NCBI GenBank assembly: GCA_049724395.1
Contig: JAUGWO010000029.1
Span: forward strand, 1 to 53,053
DNA: 53,053 nt
Reading direction: 5' to 3'
Source of the DNA: Spongospora subterranea f. sp. subterranea
Lineage: Eukaryota
Positions 22,960 to 35,635 of this stretch are shown in pieces (the stretch's first letter is position 1; the number at the start of each line of letters is the position of its first letter). A program made the translations under genes and the position numbers. The notes below the pieces were generated by a model. It was not told where the DNA came from. It ran no database searches and was given only the letters and a program-made list of their open reading frames with translations.

Positions 22960-23780
22960 TCAGCGATGACTGGATCGAAATGGTTTCCAGTCTCCGACCA
23001 TGACCTCTAGGTGTTGGACGACGATAACACAAGATGGGCCTTCGTGACGAGGAAAGGCCTGTTGTGAATGGAACTCGATCCCGTTTCGGGAATGCGCTTT
23101 AGCAGTCTCTATTGCCGGCTGATGGGGAAGGTGCCGACAGGAATCAATTACGTCGACTGCCCGGTCTATATATCGACGTTGTGATCGTATTCCCCGGCGG
23201 ATATCGACCTGGACCAGACCCTTCAGGGAACACAACCTGGCGATCAATATCCGGCCAAGACACACACCGGTTTCAGGAAGAGGGTGACGTACTCTGGGCC
23301 CATAAGACTGACGACGAGGGAGTCAGGCCAGATCGGCGGAGGCGATGATTACCGTGATATTTTTCACGACATGGGGATACCGAACGTTTGGCACATCGCT
23401 GTTTAAAGATCATTGCGCCATTGAGGTGCTTTAATCTGCGATAACTTCTGGCTATTCTAAATTTCGTCAGAAACACCCCGGTAATCAACGCCTTCGCCGA
23501 TTCCGTACCCGATCAGGACTTGATTGGAATAAACATGGTCGCCTGGGCGTGAACTGGCATGTTCCCGACAGGACATGTTTATAGCCTGGCGCCGTCCTTG
23601 GTCGATTTCACCAACGTGATCGATATGCACAATCTGTGAGGGGTTCTTATCGTGCTCGTCAATTGCACATGTCGTTGACGGCGTCTGTTGCTTCCTCGTC
23701 TGTCTGGGCCTGTCGTCGCCGCTCGTCTGGTCGTCGCTGTTTGTCGGGCACGATGCGTTCGCAGCCGTTTTTAGGTTCAT
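22960..23780 (-). CDS. Hypothetical spliced protein
   Basis: ORFs 23457-23780, 23273-23488 and 22960-23265 can be joined in frame through two short GT-AG introns. No recognisable family. Confidence 0.3.
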
Positions 23781-24248
23781 GCACCGACGATGGGGTTCAG
23801 GACCGTTCGATAATATATCTATTTCTTTGAATGTGTGTTGAATTTGTTAAACGATTATGAAATTAATTTGACTATATTGGCGACGTTTAGCACACGACAG
23901 CGCCCCTTGAGTTGGTCATCCAGTGCAATGGCGCCATTGCCATTACAGTTGGCCATGCCGATCTGGATATTTTAGAGTGTTTGCCCTTGTGGTGGCGCTA
24001 GGCCCGCCATCTGCCGCGCCCCTTGGGGACGGCCCCGTCTCCCCGTTCCATATCGATTATCAGTCTGAACCCGCCGATATTTTTTTTCACAATGGTCTTT
24101 ATCAGAATGAATAAAGTGGGGATTTAAAGAATTGAATTATGAAGACGGTGTTGGGCTGTGAGATGATATGACGACCAGTTCCCCATAATCGGATCGGTAA
24201 TAGTACCTGATGGCGCTATGGCGTTAGAGCAATAGTGGTGAGAAGAAG

Positions 24249-27200
24249 GTGTTATTAATGGGGAGGGAGAACGGTGCAGATCATATGGGATCTGATGAAC
24301 CAGGTGGAGACACCATATCTGGACAACCACCGATATATCCATTAGAACAGGGATCACTATTATCAACATTGAAATTATCATTTCCTGGAATATATCAACA
24401 ACCAATACCAGTTAGGACAAGGACGGAACCAGGGAATCCGCCAGAACCAGGAACAGAACTAGGGAAAGGGTCAGAGCCAGGGAAACAGGTTGGATTATCG
24501 CCAGGGCCAGGGACGGACCCAGAGCCAGATCCACCAGATCGTGATACAATATTAGGGCGTCATGATATATTGTCACTATCGCACCGGTCGATCTCCTGGC
24601 ACATCTCCTCCCGTATATCCCGTTCCCTGGTCGCCGCCGCCTCCTCCGCTCCATCCTCCCCCCTTCTCCTGCCCCATATCGACGTTCCTCCCGCCCCCTC
24701 CTCCCTCTATCTCGATCCCGACCTCCTCTCCCATCACCATCTTCTCGATATGCGATCGATTATGTCCCGTCATCACCTCTCGATCCTTCACCGCACTCTT
24801 CCCCATCTTCTCCCTCCGTTATCGCCATCATCGCCATCGTCTCCCCCTGTCCCAATCGCCCAGTTCTATCGCCGATCCTCTCTCGATATCCACACCCGCG
24901 CTCTGGCCGGTTCCGTTCGCAACGACCAACTGATCGAGGGTGTTCGAACGAGCCTCGATGGCGTCAAACGCGTTAAACGATATGATGTCAGTGTCGTTAT
25001 GGATTCCCAACAGTTAACCGACAATATGGCGATACTCGAGCGAATGCGGCGGAAACAAGATTATCTCGTGAATCCACTTTACAATCGTCAATTACACGAC
25101 GACCGTGATCGATCGGGCTGTTCCGTGATCGCCGACCCCCATCTTATCCAGTTCACCGCCTTCGCCATCGACCGTATCTATCACGCCACGATCGCCCTCA
25201 CCAATCCCGACCGATACTCGATCCGCTATCGGGTCGAACCGCCATCGACCCGCTACTTCCGGATCGTGTCGTCGTCGTCGAGCGGGATCATCGCCCCGGG
25301 GATGTCAATCACGCTCCAGATCCGGTTCGCCCCCGATCGCCTCACACAATATCGCGATCAGCTCCTGGTCCGTTCGTCGCTCGATCAGCTCCTCGACCGC
25401 CAACAGCCGTCGATCGTGATCCCGATCCGCGCCGACCACAATCCATCGCGCCTCACCTGCCCGGATCGTATCCAGGCCCCGCCCTGCCATCTATTCGCCA
25501 AACAGGAGATGATCATGGACTTCACCAACGACGGCGGCGATGGCGTTTTCCATTTCTTTCTCGGGGAAGATTGTTCACACGACGATGAACGTGAAATCAC
25601 GATCAGGTCGTTCACGATATCGCCCAGGAAATTTCACTTACGCCAGAACGATTCCGTCACGATCAGGATCGTTTTCGGTCCACGATCTGAACACGTCGCG
25701 CCATCAGACGATAATCGATTAACGGGGTCGTTCACGTTGCGATCGTGTTCGTTGAGCGACGCGTCGTCGTATTCCGATCGACCGATCACGCTATCGGGGG
25801 AGTATTTCCACGTGAAAACTCGACCTGATTGCGATCGACGGGTCGTCAGTCGTGGTCGGCGATGTTCGTTCGATCTACAGGGCGGTCGTCTTCCCCGATA
25901 TCGCCATCGGTTCATCGCACGCGAAAACGATATCATTGTCGAATCCGTCGCCGATCCCCGTTCGATATTCCTGGGCGATATCGCCAGATCGTGGCGAAAC
26001 CCCGTTCACAATCCACCCGATATCTGGCGTATTTCCCGCTCAAGGCGTCGTCGTGTTCCAGATCGTATTCACGGCGCGAACCGTCGCGTCGTGTTCCTCG
26101 ATCGCCGTTCTGAGTGTTGGCGATGTCCCTTTCGGGTCGACACACAAACACACAACGATCGATCGCGATCTGGACGACCATTTTCCGAGCGATCGCCATC
26201 CGATTCCCGACGATCACGTCGTCCCGTCAATCCCGTTCCTCGATCTGACGTTGTTCGGCAGTGGGATCGCGTCGCGTCTCGACATATCGCCGACCGCGAT
26301 CGTCGACAATCCGCCGATTGTGATCGCCAGTCCCCGTTCGTACCAGGTTCAGCTCGGCAACAACGGCTCGTCGCCGGTCGATTTCCGTCTGGCTCTGGAC
26401 CATATCGAAGGCGGTCGAGCCCAGATCACGATCAGTCCCGATCGCGGTTCTGTCGGCGTCGCTCAATCGGTCGCCGTTCAGATCTCCGTTGAATACGGCG
26501 ATCCGGGACGTATTCAGCTCCATATCCGTTGCGATAATTCCCTGGGCGTCACCGATTATATCTATATTCGCGACGACGTCATTCTACCGATAATCGCGAT
26601 ATCCCCGGGAATATGCGATCTTGGTCTGATCAATTACGGCCACGATCGTCGCACGAAAAGCGGGATGATCACGATATCAAACCCCCATTCGATATCGATC
26701 CCATATCGGCTATACGCGCTGGGCGATCCGGGTCCGGATCCCCAGGTCCGGCTAGCGCCATCGTCTGGGGTCTTGGCCCCGTTCCAGTTCACAGAGGTTG
26801 TGGTCGTGTTCGCCCCGGATCGCTGTCAGCGGTACCGATCCACGATTGTCTGTGAGACCGTCTATGGGTCTAAATCCTTCATCAGTATCAGAGCTGAGGT
26901 CGTATCCGAAACACAACACACAATTTCCACAAAACCCAACCTGAAATCGACAATTTCGCCAAGTATACAAGTTTGTGAGAAACTTTTTTTGTTTTTTGAT
27001 TGTCATTTTATGAGACGATTTGGTGTCGATGTGTTCTGATGAAATTTGTTGTCAGGTGATTGTTCCAGATATGATCTTAGCGCCATGGTCAGTCTCCCTA
27101 GCCGACCTGTTCGTTCACGTCCCCGTTGAGGTGCGCGTTCGTCTGCAGAACCCGACCGATCTCGTGGCCCGGTTCGCCTGGGACGACGCCATCCGCCCCG

Positions 27201-29667
27201 AGTACGGCGATGGCGTCTCGCGGCTGAGTATATCGCCATCGGGCGGGGAGGTGGCGGGCTTGGGCGCCGTCGACATCGCCCTGACGATCGTATTCGCCGT
27301 CCCCGGTCCGGTTCAGGTCCTGATCGCGTGCGATGTTCAAGGGCTGATCTGGCCAATACCGTTGCGAATCCAGGGAACGGTTCAGGATATCGGTAGCGCC
27401 ATCCAACACCATCCCATTGTTTCCGCCCTAGTTTCGTTGACAATTCATTCCCAAAGCGATCTCCGTTCACGAACTGAATCGGGACCTGGAGTCGATCGAC
27501 GATCACGATGAGCTATTCCCGAACGACCAGATCTCCTGTAAATCGATCGATTTCGGTCGGATCGATATCAACAGGTGATGGGAATATCATCCCCCGATCG
27601 ATCAGCGAATGGGGTTTCTGATCATTGATCTGACTTAGTTATTCGGAGAAGCGGTTCCTGATCCGGAATCACACGGCCGTTCCATCGTCGTTCAAAATCG
27701 ATATCGAATCGTCGGAATCCGATCATGATCCGGTTCAGGTCGACAATTTGATCAAACTACTTCAGGGGAATGAGTCGACGTCGTCGTTCGACCTGAATCA
27801 GGTAGGACGAGAAGATGGCGCTGATTGTTGGGGGAAATGAACAATCAGATAATATCTAGGGTAGTTCCGATATATTGAACATCATCTGTGGCCAAGACCG
27901 CGCTGGATCGAAATCGACCGGGTTTCAGAGCGCGTCGGGGAGGAAATACATTCACGACCACGATCGTGACGACAATATTCACAAGGTTTTGGGGCGACGC
28001 CCGTTTCGAGTGATAACCGATAAGAGGGAAGGGATTATAGGGCCCTACGCCCTAATATCAATCACTGTTTACGCCCTGAATAACTTTAGTGGACAATATC
28101 ATGATCAGATCACGTGTCGGGTCCAATATATGGCGCAGCCGCTAATATTGAACTGCAGCGCACAGGTGACCGGATCACCGTTATCCATCATATCGTCATC
28201 GACACGGCTGAAACGATCCGATCCCGATTTCGGCCATGACGATCAAGGTGATGTGTCAATGGTGTTTGACCATATTCTGTATGGGTCGGGAGGGCGTGAT
28301 CGTTATCTGGTTATCCACAATAAGGGCGCCTATGATATATCAATATCGTGGGATTTATACGACCAGAACCGATGGGATTATCGCCAGGTCGTCGACCTGA
28401 AACTGGACCATCATCCGGATAATCCTGGACAAGTTCAGTGCCGATTAGACCTATACCGTAACTATATGGACCCCGCCCTAGTATTAACTGATACATGACC
28501 TGCTGCCCTAATATAGGACCGGAACCCGTTGCTGTCGATCACCCGTTCCCCTATCAGGTGATCCCATCCTCCCACATGATCGCGGCCCGTTCCTCCCAGC
28601 GTCTCACCATCCGCTATCACGCCCGGGACGGCGCCAATCGTGGCCCCGATCCCGATCTGGCCTGGGTGCAGTCGCGTATCGCCATCCGCTCGTCGGACCT
28701 GGCGTTAATCCAGCGCTCGGCACCCTCGCCTGATATGGTCTGGGTTCCTGTTCCTTCCGAGCTCCCAATCCGAATATTCCTATCCGGTTGTTGTATTGAC
28801 CCATATATGACCCCATCTTGCCCTAATATCATATTCACCGTTTTCGCCAACGATATTCGTCACGAATATGTTCAATGGATTCCCATCACCAATCGAATGC
28901 CAGTACAGTTATCGTTCCGTATTCGCCTATCGGATCGGGATCATCTCGGTCTGGTTAAGGTCGACAGCCCTCGTCCTGTATCGGCTCTATCGCCATGGTC
29001 GTCGTCACCGTCGACGTCCCAATTCACGGCCGATCCGGGCGATAATCTCATGATCGCTATCCGATATCACCCGGATCGTTTTGTGTCGCCAGCCCCGCTC
29101 GTCCAGCACCGAACCGAGTCGCTGTCTCTGCAATATCGAAACGGGACGACCCAGTCGATCCCAGTTCAGATCTCATATCATATCCCATTTGTCCAGATTG
29201 ATATCGATCGACACCATTTCGGCCATTGTCATATCGATCAAACAACTCCAGCGATAACAGTTCATCTCCATAATCGATCGCAATGTCCAACGATCAAATA
29301 CCGAATCGTGCATGGTCAGTGATCGGACACAATCAATCTCTTTCACCGATATTCATCACGATTATTTACAGTAAAGAGATCGGTCCCGAATCACAAACCC
29401 AAATCCACCGATCCCGTCATATTGTCGCAGTTAACGAACCCGATATTCGACACGGAATCCGAATACGATCACGATTCAGCCGTGTTCGCCATCAGCCCGC
29501 TGAACAACGAGGTCCGGTCCCGTTCCTGGTCGATCCGGTGCTCATTCACCCCCCGCTTGGCCCGGCCATATCTGTGCCGTTATCGGGTCGAGATCCTGTC
29601 CGGTCCATCATTGGAATTGATATTGACGGGGATCGGATCACACCAAGAACACCATTATCCCAGATAG
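24249..29667 (+). CDS. DLEC1: DLEC1/CFAP81-like ciliary protein with tandem ASH (Ig-like) domains, multi-exon; start uncertain
   Basis: KQDYLVNPLY...IADPHLIQFTAF..DRIYHATIALTN....RYRVEPPSTRYF...GIIAPGMS....IRFAPD.L..Y.D.L matches DLEC1 (PPSTPYF, VAPGM, FFPD). Repeated N....P..F.W and P.SG domains follow, ending LILTGIGSHQE. Confidence 0.8.
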
Positions 29668-30067
29668 AATCAACATCAGATTAAACAATATATAGAGACA
29701 ACAGTAATCTATCGCTATAATACATCTGACACTATTCCCACTTACCGTACGGCACCAAATAACGTATCAACTTTAGAAACGTATAATCGACCCCCTGTCA
29801 CATAAGTATGGTCAAAATACCGACACGACACACTGGCAGGTGTCTGGATCACGCATAATATCATGATAAAAAACTCCGTGTCACCCAGGATTTATCCGAA
29901 ACCCATGAAGTTTGCCAAAATATGGGTGTCTGGATGTCAAATATTGAGGACTGTACCATTATCAATATCATGGGTTAGCCCTAACCCAGCGTGAGTTTCG
30001 TACTGTCTGGATGACATAACCTGACGACTGACGCAAGGCATTTTGGCGGGAATTTTGGAATTTCGCA

Positions 30068-31275
30068 ATGTCACAACAGTTGGCAATACGGCAACTGGTC
30101 GCCCGGCGAAAACGCAACAGTGCAATTCGCCAACTTCTCAGCTGGTACTGCTGGAGATATCTAATCAAGCAGCCCAGTCATACCTCCATTTTGAAAGGGG
30201 CAGGCTGGGTTGAAGAACTTTTGAACGGCAATCCTCACAGAAGAAAACATGTTATTGGTATGGATCGAGTCGTTTTTCGATTATTGGTGGACAAGCTGGT
30301 TGAATCTGGGCTACTACAACCCACTCGTAATGTCTCCTCCGAAGAGCAGGTAGTCCTGTTCTTGTATTTTGCGGGCCAAAGGGCAACCAATAGGCAAATG
30401 CAGGAGAGATTTCAGCATTTGGGAGAGACTATAACTAGGTAAATTTTGCCATAAGTCTTCAGAGCAATATTTCAATTTTTATTCTAGGCATTTATACGCA
30501 GTCGTCAAAGCTTTGGTGGCTTTGGCTTCAACTTACATAAGCTTCCGGAAGCAGATGCCGCGATTCCTTGTGAATTATCTGAACTCCAAATTCAGCCCTT
30601 ATTTTGACAATTGTCGGATGGCCATTGATGGTACTCATTTACCTGTATTTGTTCCCGCCAATGTTGCGCAACGGTTCCAAGGCCGAAAAGGATTGAGGCA
30701 GAGAGTGTTGGCTGCTTGCACTTTTGATTTACAATTCACATACATCTTGGCTGGCTGGGAGGGCACGGGCAGGGGGCGGCAAATTGCTTGAAAATGCTTT
30801 AATGAATGATTACCGAGTCGATCAAGGAAAGTTTGACCTGGGAGATGCTGGTTTTGCGTTGACTCCGTACATGCTAACTCCCTACAGAGGAACGAGATAT
30901 CATCTTCATGAATGGGGACAAGGAACACAGAAGTGAGAACGTCTAGAACTTTGTATGAACCGTGACTCAATTATTGTTGTAAGGCCACAGACTAAGGAAG
31001 AGCTTTTTAACCTCAGACACGCAAGTTTGCACAACTGAATTGAGAAAATATTTGGAGTTTTGAAAAATCGATTTCCTGTTTTGGTCGCCGCCATGCAATA
31101 CCCGTACCGATTTCAAGTCGATATCGTAATTGCACTGTGTACAGTTCATAATTTTATCCGATTGCACGGCGGCCGCAATGATTCCTTTGAACAAAAAGCT
31201 TTAGCGTGTGACATTCAACGATTTAAAATTAAAAACGTGTCACCGTGTTCTGCCCAGGCTAGTGCTGAGGCGTGA
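30068..31275 (+). pseudogene. PIF/Harbinger DDE transposase (DDE_Tnp_4), degenerate
   Basis: VSSEEQVVLFLY, QERFQHLGETI, MAIDGTHLPV, FTYILAGWEG, LGDAGFAL and FNLRHASL.N*IEKIFGVLKNRFPVL...ALCTVHNFIR. Contains introns, frameshifts and an in-frame stop. Confidence 0.9.
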
Positions 31276-31381
31276 GCATTTCGGGGCAAAATTGCTGAAA
31301 CGATCTTCAAGGATTACCAAAGCTATTTTAGCACGACACTGACGGCGACAATAGAAAAAGTAATGATTAATTAGGTATATT

Positions 31382-32391
31382 TTACTTCATCTGTCTAAAC
31401 AGCCACAGGCGCCGCATCGCTGGTTTCATATGAATAAACAGAGTTGCCTTTTTTTCGTCCTCGATCACATCATAAGCATCTAGGCGCTCTTCATCTGTCA
31501 TCTCCAGTTCATCAACAATCGCCAGCGCATCAACGGTGTCCGATTTTTCTTTCCGAAATACATTGCTGGTTTTGAAAAACTCCAACTCTTGCTGGTACAA
31601 GAGATTTGCCTGGGTCATCACTTGCGCCAGAGCCATGGCCCCGTTTTGTTTGCTCTTAGCAACACGTTTTTTTAATGTGTTCGCGCTGGATGTAGACTTT
31701 GGAGTCTGAAGCTTTTTTATGGTCGGGGCTGGAGACGTCATAATTATTTCTCGAGTCGGGGTTCGCTTCTCCGATGCAGAAGAGCCCGAACTGCTGTTAG
31801 ACGAAATATCGACGGAAACATCGGCGGAAATAGAATCCTCCTGATCCGATAACGCTCCGGCGCCGGCAGAATAAGCGAATTCCCCGTTTGCGATAACATC
31901 TTCAAATAGTTGCTGAAGTAACGGGAACAATGGCATGGATGTTGTCATCCATTTTTTACACCTCGGATGTGCCTAAACGATGGTTATCAGATATGGTTGA
32001 TGATACGACCTCAACACCATACGGCGATGTATTCCTCCCAAACAATAGTAGGTGCTGTCGCCAGATACCGACGGTCATCCCATCCGAACCCACTCAGGTT
32101 TTTGATTCTGGTTACTGTATCAAAATCCCTTTTCAACTGATACTGCCATTTAATACTAAAACACGATTCTAGCCATGCAGCACGTACGGTTATCGAACGG
32201 GTTTTTACATGCTCCCGATCATAATTGATTTGGAACCTGTTATTTAAATTTTTGACGGCGCCATCCCACGCCTCCCGTTTGAAGCCAGATTGCGCTTTTT
32301 TGTCAAGAACCGTCGCTTGATGGATCATTTCTGAGATCCAACATTCGTCCATGTCGTCTGTCCAGCTGGCTCGAACACGATCAGCACCCAT
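31382..32391 (-). CDS. Harbinger Myb/SANT-like DNA-binding protein (ORF1), 3 exons
   Basis: RASWTDDMD...GFKREAW...LNNRFQINYDREHVKTR/LKRDFDTV..IKNLSGFGWDD....TAPTIVWEEYIA/AHPRCKKWMTTSMPLFPLLQQLF. Convergent with the transposase. Confidence 0.88.
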
Positions 32392-32871
32392 GATGGACTC
32401 TAGAATGATATCATGGGTTAAATATAGAAATCCGCAACTCAATAACTTTTTGAAATGGCCAGTTAAAGTGGGCAGTCCTTTCTCGGCCCCCAATATTAAC
32501 CCATCATAATTCCGTACAATACCCTATTGCGGCTGGTTGACCTCGGTAGACTATGGTAGACGAGTGTAAGATTTTCCTGGGGGGCGGAAGAGAAAAATTC
32601 GTGTCACGAGAAAAAAAAAGTGTCACGCAATTTTTCTGTTGCAACATGTTACCCCACTGCGGTTCTCGAATTTTCTACCTATAGGCAAACCCATGATGTT
32701 GAGGTCCGTGGACACCCAGACGGGTTCCACCAAACTTCAATACCTACCATACCCAACTGGTAGGAATCGGTAAGTTTGCTGCCAAGGAATAAAATTGACT
32801 GTGCTGTTGCGTGCGTTGATATGAGGGCAGCGTTGTCGCCTCAATTTGTCATCTTAGTCCAACAGGCTATC

Positions 32872-33621
32872 ATGGTCTCCCAACACCACTTTTAGACACA
32901 ATGGCACAGCCTTTTTGTACCTGAAGACGTTCCCGGGGATGGTAACTGTTTCTACCATGATATCGTTGCTAGTCGTCAAGTGCCCAGCCTCAGTCACTCA
33001 GACCTACGTCAGGCAACGGCAGCGTTCGCGCTCGGGCGTGGTCGTGCAGCAGCTGAGAAGGTGATCGACCTTTTGCATCGGAGAGTTCCCTCGGGACCAT
33101 GTTCCTTCATTGAGGTCATCGCAAGTTTGCGTCGATCACGTTCATTTGCCAGTAACGTTGATATGGCGCTTCTTTCGATCCTCTATAATATCGACATCAA
33201 CGTCTATTCGAACTTCGAGGAAGGCATAACTTTGTGGTCAACCAAATCGTTTTTGGAACAGCATATGCCCGACTATGCCTTGTCTGATGGTGAGCCAACT
33301 GCAATGTTTTTTAAACTCAATCAAAGACCCTCAATTTTGTCAGAGTTTTCCGCGCATGTCTATCATCACACGTATCTTCGCCCGCTGACTCGTGTTTCTG
33401 GTGCTGCATCGCATTTGCTGAACCATTTCGCGTGTCTTCACCCGGATATGCGTTTCCCCAATACCGAAGAAGCCACTGATCCAGTTCAACTGTTACCGCT
33501 TATGTTAAACCCGTGTCTGCCGGTTCCAAACGCAAAGGCATTTCACGCATCGAAACCAACACAGAGCGGAAGATGGCGCAGCCGAAAACTAAGAAACAGG
33601 CGGCGATTGACCTACACCTGA
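32872..33621 (+). pseudogene. OTU-like cysteine protease (deubiquitinase) domain upstream of the pogo transposase
   Basis: Frame of ORF 32980 extended upstream: MVSQHHF*TQWHSLFVPEDVPGDGNCFYHDIVAS...SHSDLRQ...NVDMALLSILYNIDINVY...NHFACL. This gives the OTU D-G-N-C box (32938-32949) and His box (~33421-33429). One in-frame stop at 32893. Confidence 0.78.
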
Positions 33622-33657
33622 AGAACATGTCTGTCGTACTTTCGTGGTCAAGCATCA

Positions 33658-35421
33658 TTGGCATTGATAGTCACGGAAATTCGTCGTCACCGGAGCCACC
33701 TTGAGCTGCAATCCAGCTGTCAGGACCTTGACAATGTTGAAAGTCTGTTAAAATCGATGATCGACAAAATTGAGGTGTTACTCCTTGATGACGTCGTCAT
33801 CTTGCCAACTTTACCGGTTACAGCCCCGACCGTCCTCGCCAAACAGTTGACATGGGAAGTTCGTTCCAGAATAATCGCGTTTCATTTGCATCAGGACCTT
33901 GGGTCAGGCGATTTTATCATGTTCGACAGGGTGTTCGGTCACGTCGTTAAACCTGTGACGTTGCGAAGTTGGCTTCGCAAGGAGAAAATCTACAAATGGC
34001 TCGCAATTGTGAAGCATGCGACCAAGGACGACATTATAGGCGTAATTCCGTTCCGAAAGAAATTTATATTTGCTGGTGGAGCAGGCTCAACAAAAATCAA
34101 GGCGGAGATACTGCTCAAGTACGAAAGTGCGGCCGCTTGTGCGGCCCGACACAGCCAGACCAAGCTCGTGGTCAATGATGGTAGGCTATCTTGCCAAAAG
34201 TTGTCATCAATGTCACGAACACACCCAGGCAAAATTATTTTCCTCAAGAAGTCGACATCTCGCTTACCTGATTGCAACGAATCCATGAAGCTGGGCGCTC
34301 CAATCAAGTTCGTGGAGCAGGCCGACGACGTTGCAAAGTTTATAGTAAACCGTTTCGAGCGAGGTGATCCAGTGACTAGGGAGGAAGTCTACGTGACGAC
34401 GCGCGCGAAGTGGGGGCGACGCGATGCCAAAGACAAGAAGTTCATGACCCTGGTGAACGACAAGCATCGCTTGTCTGTCTGGTTGTCGCGCCTGCTTGCG
34501 CGCATTCGATACGCGGACCGTCTAGGTTCGATATCGCAGAAGGTCCCGATGGACTGGAAGGAAATTGCTATGACCACTTCCAAGCTTATTCGCGAGGCTG
34601 CAATCCGTCTCAAGGTTGACAATGTATTCAACATGGATGAAACCTTCATTCATCATTACCAATCGACTGATCGTGTGCTCGTCCCGACCGGAACAAAGCG
34701 GGTTGGTACGATTGTGCCCGTTGCAAATGAGAAGAAAGGGGTAACGTTGGTGGTAACGGCCAGCTTGTTATCGTCGCAGCTCCTCCCACCTTTTATCATA
34801 GACACAGGGGTGTTCGGATCGACTCTCATGCACGATTGGGCACACTATACAAAGAGCACGGTTTTGTTCAACCCATCCCATTGGATGAAACGATACGTCT
34901 TCATTCTATACCTGGAGTGGTTGCTGAAGATGTTCCCCACACAGAACACGTTGCTAATCGTAGATCGATCGACAACGCATTATGGTGACCTGATCGACGA
35001 TTGGCTAGCCAAGAATCATGCCAAGAATGGCGGGAAGATTTTCATCGAGTATATTCCCGATGGAATGACCTCTATAATACAGGTTTGTGACATCGCAATC
35101 AATAAGCCCCTGAAGTCGAAGATTAAGGAGGCATACTACCGGTTCAGAGCGGATGCAATTGGTGACCTATCAGCAGAAATGCTGTCCGGGAGCGTGTTGT
35201 CCGTCCCGAGAGAAAGCCTTATTGAGATGATCGAGACAGCGTACGATGAAATCAATACCAAGAACCGGAAGGATCGATGGATCGCCGATGCGTTCGAACA
35301 GTGCGGACAGCATCCGTGGCTCAAGCAGCAAGACGCGTTCACGAAACATCTCGACAGTTTAGATGAGAATTTCGTTTACAAGCACATGAAAACATCAACG
35401 AGCAAACTCAACCTTGTCTGA
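33658..35421 (+). CDS. pogo/CENP-B-like transposase (HTH + DDE_1, DD41D spacing)
   Basis: HTH-like LTWEVRSRIIAF...PVTLRSWLRK and CENP-B-like FIVNRFERGDPVTREE...WLSRLLAR. Catalytic motifs VFNMDET, LLIVDRSTTH and IPDGMTSIIQVCDIAINKPLK, with 41 residues counted between the second and third Asp. Confidence 0.92.
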   Translation: MALIVTEIRRHRSHLELQSSCQDLDNVESLLKSMIDKIEVLLLDDVVILPTLPVTAPTVLAKQLTWEVRSRIIAFHLHQDLGSGDFIMFDRVFGHVVKPVTLRSWLRKEKIYKWLAIVKHATKDDIIGVIPFRKKFIFAGGAGSTKIKAEILLKYESAAACAARHSQTKLVVNDGRLSCQKLSSMSRTHPGKIIFLKKSTSRLPDCNESMKLGAPIKFVEQADDVAKFIVNRFERGDPVTREEVYVTTRAKWGRRDAKDKKFMTLVNDKHRLSVWLSRLLARIRYADRLGSISQKVPMDWKEIAMTTSKLIREAAIRLKVDNVFNMDETFIHHYQSTDRVLVPTGTKRVGTIVPVANEKKGVTLVVTASLLSSQLLPPFIIDTGVFGSTLMHDWAHYTKSTVLFNPSHWMKRYVFILYLEWLLKMFPTQNTLLIVDRSTTHYGDLIDDWLAKNHAKNGGKIFIEYIPDGMTSIIQVCDIAINKPLKSKIKEAYYRFRADAIGDLSAEMLSGSVLSVPRESLIEMIETAYDEINTKNRKDRWIADAFEQCGQHPWLKQQDAFTKHLDSLDENFVYKHMKTSTSKLNLV

Positions 35422-35635
35422 ATTAAACATACACTCCAGTGTATAATTTCATACATACACTACGGTATATCCTCTGTAAATACACTCAGGTGTATCATTT
35501 CCTTCATACACTCAGGTGTATGATTTCATATGTACAGTTTTTCGACACAGAATGCTGACACATGTAGCTTTCTCGGCACACAAGTTTGCGCAGCACATTG
35601 AACAAATAGTTGATACGTTATTTTGTGCCGTACGG

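Larger units (their letters stand above)
29745..35635 (+). mobile_element. pogo-type (Tc1/mariner superfamily) DNA transposon, 5.9 kb, with OTU-transposase and nested Harbinger
   Basis: 28-bp TIRs CCGTACGGCAC(C/A)AAATAACGTATCAACT at 29745-29772 and 35608-35635 (one mismatch), each flanked by TA (29743-44, 35636-37). A DDE_1-type transposase lies inside. Confidence 0.9.

Noticed and set aside
16266..33621. Functional ubiquitin-pathway cluster (UBE2K, USP39, OTU)
   Set aside because: The genes act in unrelated processes and the OTU is inside a transposon, so proximity is most likely coincidental.
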